DNA of 62,233 nucleotides, filler included, from Candidatus Woesearchaeota archaeon (GTDB lineage: Archaea > Nanobdellota > Nanobdellia > Woesearchaeales > ARS49), in assembly GCA_016188265.1 (NCBI GenBank). It is 3 parts of 3 records of this genome, joined end to end, with 100 filler letters (N's around TTAATTAATTAA, not from the genome) between each part and the next. Parts side by side here need not be neighbours in the genome. Positions count along the whole stretch, not along the records: positions 1 to 29,440 come from JACPID010000004.1; 2 more parts are not named here. One strand, 5' to 3'. Shown piece after piece: positions 1 through 8,273 of this stretch (within the stretch, counting starts at the first letter, position 1; every line of letters begins with the position of its first letter). Both the position numbers and the translations under genes were made by a program. A model generated the notes under the pieces. That model saw only the letters and a program-made list of their open reading frames with translations, ran no database searches and was not told the DNA's origin.

Positions 1-1
1 A

Positions 2-74
2 AGCCTCTGGCGGGATCTGCACCCGCGACCTCTACCTTACCAAGGTAGCGCAATAGCTACTATGCTACAGAGGC
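2..74 (-). tRNA. tRNA-Thr(GGT)
   Basis: Reverse complement folds as a cloverleaf: acceptor GCCTCTG/CAGAGGC, anticodon arm CTACC-TTGGTAA-GGTAG, atypical T-loop TGCAGAT; no encoded CCA. Confidence 0.9.
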
Positions 75-111
75 ATATTTTAGGTGAGTAAAGGCTATGT
101 TTTTAAATAAT

Positions 112-173
112 TTTGTGGGACTGAACAAAGTGAAGTAGCACTTTTTGATCAAACTTTTCTTAAAAGTTTGTGC
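112..173 (-). repeat. Dispersed hairpin repeat family A, copy 1
   Basis: Reverse complement aligns by eye to 21545-21607 at about 53/63 positions; contains AAACTTTT-N3-AAAAGTTT palindrome. Confidence 0.8.
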
Positions 174-384
174 TACAGAGGCAGTAAATTCTGATTTCCG
201 TCGGAAAGTTTCCGGTTTTTTATGCAAAAGTTATATTAATAAGTAAATCTTGAAATCATTTAATAATGCAAATCTACTTCGAGACAACAAAGTTTTTGCG
301 AAAATACCATTTTGACTGGACTTTAGTATTGTTGTGTGTTATTACTATACTCTTAATAGTGTACTTAATAAAGATATCAATAAA

Positions 385-726
385 ATGAAAAAAATATCTA
401 AAGAAAAACAAAGCTGGTTTGAAATAATCACTAATATCATTATCTGGAGCCTTGGTATTTTATTAATCTACTGGCTAGTTCTAAAACTAACAAATCACAG
501 CCCAACTTTTGATCAAATAATAGGCGGTGCTCTGGGAATTCTAGGCACTGTTTTAGCAAAACACCATCATACCATAGGAGAATTAAAAGAGTTTAAAGAA
601 AACACGAAAAGAGAATTAGATTATATAAGAAATAAAGTAGATAAAATAGAATTTAACACATCAAATATGCAATCAGAAATTTCATTCATCAAAACCGAGA
701 TAAGTTTTATTAAATCAAGGAGTTGA
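385..726 (+). CDS. Hypothetical membrane protein (two hydrophobic helices plus short coiled coil)
   Basis: ORF 334-726; ATG at 385 (MKKISKEK) preferred over the upstream GTG. Confidence 0.6.
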   Translation: MKKISKEKQSWFEIITNIIIWSLGILLIYWLVLKLTNHSPTFDQIIGGALGILGTVLAKHHHTIGELKEFKENTKRELDYIRNKVDKIEFNTSNMQSEISFIKTEISFIKSRS

Positions 727-838
727 GAAGTAAATACCTAGATCATGTTCTAATTCACTATTTTAAATAGCCTGACTAAATTATCGAAAGATTTAAGTTT
801 AATGATTTATCTCTAATTTAAACGCGGAGGTTTTCAAC

Positions 839-1267
839 ATGTCAATCGAAATAATTAAATCAGGTGTTTTTGGAAATTTTATAAAAAAGACTACAACTTT
901 TGTTATAGGAGGAATTGTTGGATTTGCTGTTTCATCAGCAATTTCAGAACGTAAAATTTTGCAAGAAGTAAATGCAACAGAAATGCTAAATAAATACATG
1001 TATGAAGACCTGCACATAACTGCAATGGTTGAAAAAGCAGATAAGAATAAAAACAAAATATTAGAAACAAGTGAATTAGTACAACTTCTTAATGAAGTAA
1101 ATTATGAAATACTGACGCCAATACCAGAACATGTTATTCCTTATTTTGAAAAAACAGTTGATAAATTAAGTGGTGAAGTAAGCATAAAAATGAAGTACGG
1201 ACATGCAGGACCAATATTGGAAGTAAAACTTCCTGAACAAGCAATAATGAAATATTTGAGAAATTAA
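839..1267 (+). CDS. Hypothetical membrane-anchored protein with EF-hand-like loop
   Basis: GGAGG RBS upstream; N-terminal hydrophobic segment; DKNKNKILETSEL loop. Confidence 0.6.
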   Translation: MSIEIIKSGVFGNFIKKTTTFVIGGIVGFAVSSAISERKILQEVNATEMLNKYMYEDLHITAMVEKADKNKNKILETSELVQLLNEVNYEILTPIPEHVIPYFEKTVDKLSGEVSIKMKYGHAGPILEVKLPEQAIMKYLRN

Positions 1268-2176
1268 ATGAAAACACATTTTGTCTCATTTGTATTAATC
1301 TTTGGCCTTTTGATAGCGCAAGCTGCTATTGCACAAATGCAAACTACAGGGACGTGGGAAAATTATGTTGGATTCACTCAATGGCGTGTGACTGTAACTG
1401 AAGACCAGACCGGCTGTGGAGCAGAAAGGCCTACAGCTGTTCAACTGACAGCGTCTATAGAGCACAACAAGAACACAGCAGAGATTGGCGATTTAGGCCA
1501 CGGCAAGACCAGCGGGGTATTCGTGGGCAACACTCTCCGAATCCGCAGCAAAGAAATTCCAGACGGCATTGGAAAATCAATACTGGACCAGTATGATGTA
1601 ACCTTTACTCCTGACTGTTCCTGGTTCTTTGCAACATACAAATGGTATTACAGCGACGCGTACCAGCAATGCAGCGGAGACACTACATGGAGCGGCACAA
1701 GGACTGATGGCACAGGCTGTCCTACTACAGCGCAGAAAAAAGCCATACTGGAAGCTCGCGCTGCTGCTGAGGCTGAAAAAGAGCGCCGCTACGCTGAAAT
1801 CCTTGCCAATGACCCTAAGAACTTCTGGGCGAACTGGGACATGGCAGAGCGGAGAAAGAAACAAGGCAATTACAGGGAATACCTCCAATACTTCAACAAT
1901 GCAGCCACGAACGAGAATATATTCAAAGACACGCGCGAGCAACTGAACAATTACGCAGCCAGGCGTTTGCACCTTTCAGAATTGCCAACGCGAGACAAAA
2001 GTCCAATACTGAGAATAGAACAAGATGAGCTCAAGAACTGGAACAGCGGACTGTTGTATAATGTGAACTTCCGAAAAGAAGAGGTAGCTGACAATAAGTG
2101 GAGCTTCAACATATGGACGCTGTTCAACCAGAACTCTCACAAGCTTGTGAATGACATAGTCGGACTGCCAGAATAA
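1268..2176 (+). CDS. Secreted hypothetical protein with TPR-like helical C-terminal half
   Basis: Signal peptide MKTHFVSFVLIFGLLIAQAAIA; four Cys in a beta-rich N-half; ILANDPKNFWANWDMA resembles a TPR junction; visibly higher GC than flanks. Confidence 0.65.
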   Translation: MKTHFVSFVLIFGLLIAQAAIAQMQTTGTWENYVGFTQWRVTVTEDQTGCGAERPTAVQLTASIEHNKNTAEIGDLGHGKTSGVFVGNTLRIRSKEIPDGIGKSILDQYDVTFTPDCSWFFATYKWYYSDAYQQCSGDTTWSGTRTDGTGCPTTAQKKAILEARAAAEAEKERRYAEILANDPKNFWANWDMAERRKKQGNYREYLQYFNNAATNENIFKDTREQLNNYAARRLHLSELPTRDKSPILRIEQDELKNWNSGLLYNVNFRKEEVADNKWSFNIWTLFNQNSHKLVNDIVGLPE

Positions 2177-2181
2177 AGCAC

Positions 2182-2655
2182 ATGGAAAAACACAAAAGTA
2201 ACAGCAGGACCAGAACTCATGCAACCAAATACTTGGCTGTATTGACAGCCGGATTGCTGCTACTCCTGATTGCAGGCTGCGCCACGCCTGAAACTACTGT
2301 TCCTTCAACGCCAGCCACTCCAAAACCTGTCGCCCTGCTAGTTCCTGATTGCACAACCAAGGAATGCTTTGTCTCATCGGCAAATGATTGCAAAGACATT
2401 GATTTGACACTCACTGAAGATGCTGGAGTTCTCAAATACTCATCTTCAAAAGATTGTATTTTTACAAAGACATTGATCAGTTTAAACGCGAACGATACCC
2501 AAGAGATGAAAAGTCTTCTAAATGGAAAAAGCTTAACTTGCAGATACGAAAAAGGAAAATTCGATCAGAGATGGGCCACATCACTGATTTTCGGAACAGA
2601 GTTTTGTGAAGGTGAACTGAAAGATATTCTCGTTGAGCTGATATTATTCTTCTGA
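2182..2655 (+). CDS. Putative lipoprotein, Cys-rich
   Basis: Lipobox-like LLLIAGC, Pro/Thr linker, six further Cys. Confidence 0.65.
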   Translation: MEKHKSNSRTRTHATKYLAVLTAGLLLLLIAGCATPETTVPSTPATPKPVALLVPDCTTKECFVSSANDCKDIDLTLTEDAGVLKYSSSKDCIFTKTLISLNANDTQEMKSLLNGKSLTCRYEKGKFDQRWATSLIFGTEFCEGELKDILVELILFF

Positions 2656-2715
2656 GCAAGTCGACTGAATTGACAAGAACAGGTTCGGACTATTTACTGT
2701 TCAAATCTAGGAATA

Positions 2716-2799
2716 CGCCGCCGCTGGGATTTGAACCCAGATATCCTTTCGGAAACGGGATTAGCAATCCCGCGCAGTACCAAGTTGTGCCACGGCGGC
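2716..2799 (-). tRNA. tRNA-Ser(GCT)
   Basis: Acceptor GCCGCCG/CGGCGGC, anticodon arm CGGGA-TTGCTAA-TCCCG, long variable arm, TTCAAAT T-loop, G discriminator. Confidence 0.95.
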
Positions 2800-2927
2800 A
2801 TTTTGCCCGCATTCATCTCCTTGCGATGCAGACAGCATAAATTAGGAGAAATTCTGTTGATTTATAAATATTTCAGCTAGAAAGATTAAAATACCTATTA
2901 AATTATAATTGTTAAAAAAAGAGGAAT

Positions 2928-3386
2928 ATGGTGTTTATTCAGAAGAATGCAAGTTTATTTTTACTATTTTTATTAGTGTTAGCAGGATTTGGGCTTGTAG
3001 CTTCTGCAGTTTTTTTTCAGATAAGTATTAATAACTTAAATAAAGAATATTCTACTAAAGGAAGAGCGCTGATTGGAATAACTAGTGAAATTCAAGAAAA
3101 ACAATCAACACTTTCTTTGATTAATGAAGAGATTCAGCTTAAATCAGAAATGATTGAAGACTTACAAATGAGGTATGCTCAAGTTAAAAAACAAAATGAA
3201 GACCTTCTAGAAAGAATACAGTTTTTATCAAATAAAATAAGTGAAGCAAATAAAGATGTAAACTTGATGCAAAACAAGCTTTCTGTTTGTGAAGCAAATA
3301 ACGCTCAATGGGAAGCAGCATATGATAGTTTGATGTTACAAAGAGATTATTATGCAAGCCTTGCTGGAACTGCACAGCCCCGTTAG
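2928..3386 (+). CDS. Membrane-anchored coiled-coil protein
   Basis: N-terminal TM helix followed by heptad-rich helix; GAGGA upstream. Confidence 0.7.
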   Translation: MVFIQKNASLFLLFLLVLAGFGLVASAVFFQISINNLNKEYSTKGRALIGITSEIQEKQSTLSLINEEIQLKSEMIEDLQMRYAQVKKQNEDLLERIQFLSNKISEANKDVNLMQNKLSVCEANNAQWEAAYDSLMLQRDYYASLAGTAQPR

Positions 3387-3455
3387 TGATCTAGAAAGAT
3401 GAAAGCCTCGAATGTGCCTTGCACTTCAAGGATCCAAAATTCTGTTAATTTTGAG

Positions 3456-3542
3456 AGCCTCCGGGGAGATTTGAACTCCCAACCTGCGGTTGTTTCTTAA
3501 ATATACGAAACCGCCGCTATAACCAGATTAAGCCACGGAGGC
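3456..3542 (-). tRNA. tRNA-Thr(CGT) with ~12-nt anticodon-loop intron (about 3492-3503)
   Basis: Acceptor GCCTCCG/CGGAGGC; GCGGT-TTCGTA[TATTTAAGAAAC]A-ACCGC; TTCAAAT T-loop. Confidence 0.9.
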
Positions 3543-3772
3543 ATTACTTAAAATGCTTAAGAATTGCTTCTTTTGTCCTTAATTTTTTTTGACATTCAAA
3601 ACAAACAGTATGCAGTTTTCCTTTCTCATCTTTAACATGAGTTCCTATAATTTTCTTCAAAAAGTTTTCTTGAATTGTACTTTTACAAATTCCGCATTTC
3701 ATAATTTATATTCTTTTTTTATTAAGTTTTTAAATTTGTTGATTCTTTAAAGTGAAGAAAGATAAGTGCATA

Positions 3773-6145
3773 TTAATCATTGCTTCCAAAAACTTTATCT
3801 CTGGATTTTAATCCAAAACCAGAATTATCTCTATCACTTAATTCATTTAATAGTTCTTTGGTATTTTCATAAAGTTCTTTTGCAGCTTTTATCTGCATTT
3901 GTATTGGAGGCTGACTAAGCAGTTTTTCAATAGCATTATCAACATCTTCAGGAATTACAACCCTATGCTCAGCTAATTGCTTCTTTAAATATTCAATATC
4001 TTTATCATCAGTAAGTCCTCTTTTATCTTCTCTTTTTTGAAGTGTACGTTGAATTCTTAAAGCTTTTTCAGGATGAGCTCTTAAGTATTCAGGAACTATT
4101 GTAAAATGCACTTCATCAACAACCTTTCTAATAACATCACCAGGAGCGCCCTCTAATCTTTTAGCCCAAGCAACATACTGTTTTGAAACATCTTCATTAA
4201 CAGGCAGGGTTTTTTCTAAATACATTTTAAGCATTAAAACTCTTTCATCTTCACTAAGTTCACCAACAACATCAACATATCTAAAACGCCTCATAATGCC
4301 TTTAGGAATCTCCATAGGTTGATTAGTCATTGCCATGGTAATAATACCATTATAGTCGTGCATTCCATCAAGCACTTCAAGAAGAACATTCTCTATCTGT
4401 TCCATATCAACACTTGTATAGCCATAATCGCTTTGTGCAAACCAGCTGTCAAATTCATCAAGACACAAAACAACTGGTTTTAATTCTCTACCATCAATGT
4501 AAAGCTTTTTTGCTGCATCATAAACTCTTTTAACATTATTAACTGATTCATGCATGTAAGCAGTCAAAGTACTAGCTACACTTACACTTGCGCCAATAAC
4601 TCTTTCATCACTACAAACAGCTCTTGCAAGTTCAGTTTTTCCACACCCATATGGGCCAATTAAAAAAATATTACTTCTTACTTTGCCACCAGGAGCGCTT
4701 AAACGCATGATGTGCGGATAAATTGCAGTTTCAATAACTTCATTAAGGTGTTTTTTTGCCTGATCAAAACTCTTTCCAATAACTTCACTTAGTTTAACTC
4801 GAGGTGTAGGTTCTCTGCTAAAATAAAACATGCCAATATCTCCTTGCCTTCCTTCATAATACTCATTATCAGTTAGCTTATCTCTGCGCAGTCTGCGCTT
4901 ACTTTGCGAAGATAACACCTCACTTATTTGTTTTTTAAGTTCAACTGCTTTGACAATAGCGTTTGTTGCTATACTTTCAACTTTTTCAAAATCTTGTTTA
5001 GTATAATCTATTTCAGAAATAACCAGCATTGTTTTATATAACAGCTCGATTAACTCATCTCTTAATTTAAATGAGTCTTTTTCTTTTCTATTTTCAGGAA
5101 GAACATCATCTTCTTCTTGTACAATGCCTTCAAGATCTGCTTTTTTGATTTTCTTAAGATACTTACTAATTTTAGCAGTATTTTCAGAAGAAGATACAAA
5201 CAATGCTTTTCTTTCAAGAGCTATTTGCGGAAGTCCTGCAATAGCTGCATGCTCAACTTCTAAGTTTTTAAACATATTATAAAATTGTTCAAGAGCTGAA
5301 CCTAATTTTTTAAAAAAAAAATGCGGTTTTTTAACATAAGATAAAAATAAAGGATTTGATAATTCAATAAACTTATCAGCAGCTTCACTTACTGTGTACT
5401 TGCTTAATTCCTTGATAATTTTTGTTTTGCCTTTTTTATCTTCAACAATCCTTTCCTTATATTCTGGCAGATTGTCAATAATATTAAGAAGCAAATCAGT
5501 AAGAACAGGATTATCTTCAACAAGTTTAATTTTTACATACTCTGCAATAGGCTTTCTTTCATGATCAATATGAGATAAAATTCTTTCAATTTCTGTTTTT
5601 TCTTTATCAATACGCTTAACAAACCTGTCTTTAAGATATTGATCATAAGATCCAACATACTTGTAGGAATCTTCCAATATTTTTGGAAATTGTTCAGAAA
5701 TAAAATCATACAAATTAATACTCTTAATACATAATTCTTCAACTAACTGAATATCCTTAGAACGCAAAGAATCTGTTTTTTGTGATTCTAACTTAGTTTT
5801 ATTTTTTAATTTATTAGAAACAAAATTATCATATATTGTTTTAATTGATTGGTACGCTTTAATTAAATTAACTACATTTTCTGAGAGTTCTCTATAAAAA
5901 AATGAAAAAAAAGTTGCAGGATGAAAATAATCATTAAAAAAATCTTCTAAACTTCTAGAATTATTAAGCAAGTTTCTAAGATCATCCTCAACACGCAGTA
6001 AAAGATTAGAATTTTTTCCAAACTTGTCACAAAGCCCGCCTAACTTCTGCGTAATTTGCAAAGCGCTATTAAATGAATTTGTATCAATACCTAGAAAACT
6101 ATCTACAAAACTACTAAAATCATCATCTTCATGGTTTTTTTTCAT
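3773..6145 (-). CDS. AAA+ ATPase (classic AAA clade) with long uncharacterised helical N-terminus
   Basis: Walker A GPYGCGKT, Walker B LCLDEFD, LLEVLDG, sensor MTNQP and RRF arginine finger. Confidence 0.85.
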   Translation of the reverse strand: MKKNHEDDDFSSFVDSFLGIDTNSFNSALQITQKLGGLCDKFGKNSNLLLRVEDDLRNLLNNSRSLEDFFNDYFHPATFFSFFYRELSENVVNLIKAYQSIKTIYDNFVSNKLKNKTKLESQKTDSLRSKDIQLVEELCIKSINLYDFISEQFPKILEDSYKYVGSYDQYLKDRFVKRIDKEKTEIERILSHIDHERKPIAEYVKIKLVEDNPVLTDLLLNIIDNLPEYKERIVEDKKGKTKIIKELSKYTVSEAADKFIELSNPLFLSYVKKPHFFFKKLGSALEQFYNMFKNLEVEHAAIAGLPQIALERKALFVSSSENTAKISKYLKKIKKADLEGIVQEEDDVLPENRKEKDSFKLRDELIELLYKTMLVISEIDYTKQDFEKVESIATNAIVKAVELKKQISEVLSSQSKRRLRRDKLTDNEYYEGRQGDIGMFYFSREPTPRVKLSEVIGKSFDQAKKHLNEVIETAIYPHIMRLSAPGGKVRSNIFLIGPYGCGKTELARAVCSDERVIGASVSVASTLTAYMHESVNNVKRVYDAAKKLYIDGRELKPVVLCLDEFDSWFAQSDYGYTSVDMEQIENVLLEVLDGMHDYNGIITMAMTNQPMEIPKGIMRRFRYVDVVGELSEDERVLMLKMYLEKTLPVNEDVSKQYVAWAKRLEGAPGDVIRKVVDEVHFTIVPEYLRAHPEKALRIQRTLQKREDKRGLTDDKDIEYLKKQLAEHRVVIPEDVDNAIEKLLSQPPIQMQIKAAKELYENTKELLNELSDRDNSGFGLKSRDKVFGSND

Positions 6146-6207
6146 TTTTCATAAAATACCTATAAGATTAAAGAATCAACACATATAAAAGATTTGTTAA
6201 AAATAAA

Positions 6208-6399
6208 TCCCCGCGGGCGGACTTTCAATGGTTTATAGTTTGTAGTGGGTAGTTTGCAGCCTCAAACCACTAACCACAAACCATTTTGAACCGCCAACCT
6301 TTCGGGATCAGCTGACCACGCCTCATACTCTGTCTTAAAGACAATGTCAGGTGGTGTGTAAAACTACAGCCGAACGCTCTGCCGTTGAGCTACACGGGG
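6208..6399 (-). tRNA. tRNA-Tyr(GTA) with two introns (anticodon loop ~6307-6363; T-loop ~6222-6284)
   Basis: Removing 57 nt and 63 nt gives a 72-nt cloverleaf: acceptor CCCCGTG/CGCGGGG, TTCGG-CTGTAGC-CCGAA, GGCGG-TTCAAAT-CCGCC. Confidence 0.88.
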
Positions 6400-6416
6400 A
6401 TAACAACATAGAAAAC

Positions 6417-7379
6417 CTAGCTTGTTTTTAAATTTTTATCTAGTTTACACTTTTTTGTTCTCATTATTAGCTCAGCTTCTTTTCTAGTGTATAATTTTTC
6501 TTTTGCACCAATAGATTGAAGAACTCCGCTTGCTTGAACAAAGCCAAGTTGCAATGCGTAGACTGGATCTTTTTTTAAAATAATTCCTGCAACTACTCCA
6601 GAAGCAAAAGCATCTCCAGCGCCAGTGGTTTCAAGAATTTTTGTTGCTAGAGGTGTTAAGATAAAACATGTTTTTCCGTCATACGCGTGCACATCTCGCG
6701 GGCCATCAGTAATGACCACAAAATTAGCAAAATAATGTAATGATTGCAACATGTTTAGTAATTTTTTTTGCTTTGTTAAGGCTTTTGCTTCTTCTTTATT
6801 TAAAACAAGCACAGAACAACCATCAAGCAAAGGCTTTAATTTCTTCAGCCCTTGTTGAGCAAGATACAAACTAGGATTAAACGCCCATTGGATATTATTA
6901 TTTTTTGCCCAATTAATAATCTTTTTAGTAGTTGTAAATCCTTTGCCAAGCACTGAACTTATGTATAACCATTTTGTCTTTACTGGCTTCCATACTATTA
7001 ATTTGTTAGTTAATCCTTTATACGTAAGAATAGTTCTATCTTTTCCTAAACCAATAAAAATTACACTGTATCCAAGCTGTCCTTCTTGAGTATTGCCTAA
7101 AAATGATATTTTTTCTTTTGTTAATTCTTCTTTGACGAGTTTGCTGTGATAATCTTTTCCCAGCACACCTAGAAAGCCTGTTTTGAGCCCTAAACGAGAA
7201 AAACTTACTGCAGTATTGGTTGCGCCTCCGCCTGTTTTTATGTGCAATTCATCAATAAGAATTTTAGATCCAATATTATAACAAACATCTTTGTGTTTTT
7301 TATGGACAACAATCTCAGGATTTTTTGTTTTCACAAATACATCAATTGTTGCACCACCTACACTGATAATGTCAAACAT
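6417..7379 (-). CDS. PfkB/ribokinase-family carbohydrate kinase
   Basis: GGGATNTAVSFSRLG, LNKEEA and ETTGAGDAFASG signatures; GTGAGGTG RBS before ATG 7379. Confidence 0.92.
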   Translation of the reverse strand: MFDIISVGGATIDVFVKTKNPEIVVHKKHKDVCYNIGSKILIDELHIKTGGGATNTAVSFSRLGLKTGFLGVLGKDYHSKLVKEELTKEKISFLGNTQEGQLGYSVIFIGLGKDRTILTYKGLTNKLIVWKPVKTKWLYISSVLGKGFTTTKKIINWAKNNNIQWAFNPSLYLAQQGLKKLKPLLDGCSVLVLNKEEAKALTKQKKLLNMLQSLHYFANFVVITDGPRDVHAYDGKTCFILTPLATKILETTGAGDAFASGVVAGIILKKDPVYALQLGFVQASGVLQSIGAKEKLYTRKEAELIMRTKKCKLDKNLKTS

Positions 7380-7495
7380 ACACACCTCACTTTTTTTTAT
7401 ATTAACTTGTGCTTTTTTTAATGCTTGTTAAGAATTAGTTAACTTTAAATATTTTTGCAGTAAATTATTTAAAAAAGGTCAATTGTCAAAGTACT

Positions 7496-7642
7496 ATGAA
7501 AGTCTGTGAAGGATGCCAGAATTACAAATTATTTAAAGAAAAGTGCTGGTTTTACTGGGAAAATAAGAGAATCTGCACACAATACAGAGAATCTTTTGGC
7601 CAAGAACCAGAATTTAAAACAGCAAAAGAAAATTTTTTATAA
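7496..7642 (+). CDS. Small four-Cys protein (48 aa, not in ORF track)
   Basis: MKVCEGCQNYKLFKEKCWFYWENKRICTQYRESFGQEPEFKTAKENFL; TTATTTAAA TATA-like box ~25 nt upstream; fills an intergenic gap. Confidence 0.6.
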   Translation: MKVCEGCQNYKLFKEKCWFYWENKRICTQYRESFGQEPEFKTAKENFL

Positions 7643-7654
7643 TGTTAAAGTAGA

Positions 7655-7912
7655 TTAATCTTTATCGTAAATGTTTTTCCTATGTCCTATTCTCAGTACA
7701 TAAATTATTTCATTAGTACTATCTAAATCTACAATTGCCCTGTAATCTCCAATTCTTAATTTCCACTCTTTTTTGCCAACTAATTTTGCAAAATAATGAA
7801 ATGGATTTTCTTTTGCTTCTTCTACTTTTTTTATTAATCTTATAATTAACTCTCTTTCTAGATTTTTCAAATTTTTTTTCGCTTCACCAGTCCATCTGAC
7901 TTCATAGCTCAT
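7655..7912 (-). CDS. relE: RelE/ParE-family toxin
   Basis: YEVRWTGEAKKNL, WKLRIGDYRAI and IGHRKNIY motifs. Confidence 0.9.
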   Translation of the reverse strand: MSYEVRWTGEAKKNLKNLERELIIRLIKKVEEAKENPFHYFAKLVGKKEWKLRIGDYRAIVDLDSTNEIIYVLRIGHRKNIYDKD

Positions 7913-8143
7913 TCAAATCCCCAATTCTTCAATCAGTTCTTTTGTAGAATAAACTCTTCCCTTTTTAATATCTGCTCTAGATCTGGCAATGCTTTCTTTG
8001 GTTTTTTTATTGAACTCAAGTCCATCTTCTTCTGCTAATTCCATAAGTTCAGTAATTACTTCTTCATAAGTTTCCCTCGGATGATGTTTAAATCTTTCTA
8101 ATTTGTATTTTGTTTTTTCAGTTAGTTGTATTGTAGTTGGCAT
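7913..8143 (-). CDS. Cognate antitoxin (RHH-like N-terminus)
   Basis: MPTTIQLTEKTKYKL...ETYEEVI...DIKKGRVYS; directly upstream of relE; GAGGTG RBS. Confidence 0.8.
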   Translation of the reverse strand: MPTTIQLTEKTKYKLERFKHHPRETYEEVITELMELAEEDGLEFNKKTKESIARSRADIKKGRVYSTKELIEELGI

Positions 8144-8154
8144 AGCAACACCTC

Positions 8155-8188
8155 ACTATAATTAACTATAGTCAAATATAGTATATAA
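8155..8188 (-). promoter_or_regulatory. Putative operator and TATA box of the RelE module
   Basis: Two overlapping ACTATA-N6-TATAGT inverted repeats (8155-8172, 8165-8182) running into TTTATATA on the minus strand. Confidence 0.55.
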
Positions 8189-8204
8189 ACATTTCTTTTT
8201 TGAC

Positions 8205-8273
8205 ATGTCGAAAACTGCTATGACGCACGCTATAAACTTCAGTTTGTAGATAGGATTAGCAGTTTTTGATCAT
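8205..8273. repeat. Dispersed hairpin repeat family B, copy 1
   Basis: About 55/69 identity with 46488-46554; arms AAAACTGCTA / TAGCAGTTTT. Confidence 0.8.

Noticed and set aside
1441..2224. Several overlapping alternative ORFs in the GC-richer insert
   Set aside because: Expected by chance at higher GC; they overlap a coherent 302-aa signal-peptide gene.
75..6207. Provirus or integrative element at the tRNA cluster
   Set aside because: No integrase, capsid or packaging genes and no duplicated tRNA 3' end were seen.
8205..8273. Integron attC sites as the identity of repeat families B and C
   Set aside because: Canonical RYYYAAC/GTTRRRY ends are not properly placed, the copies are not in a tandem cassette array, and no integrase is present.
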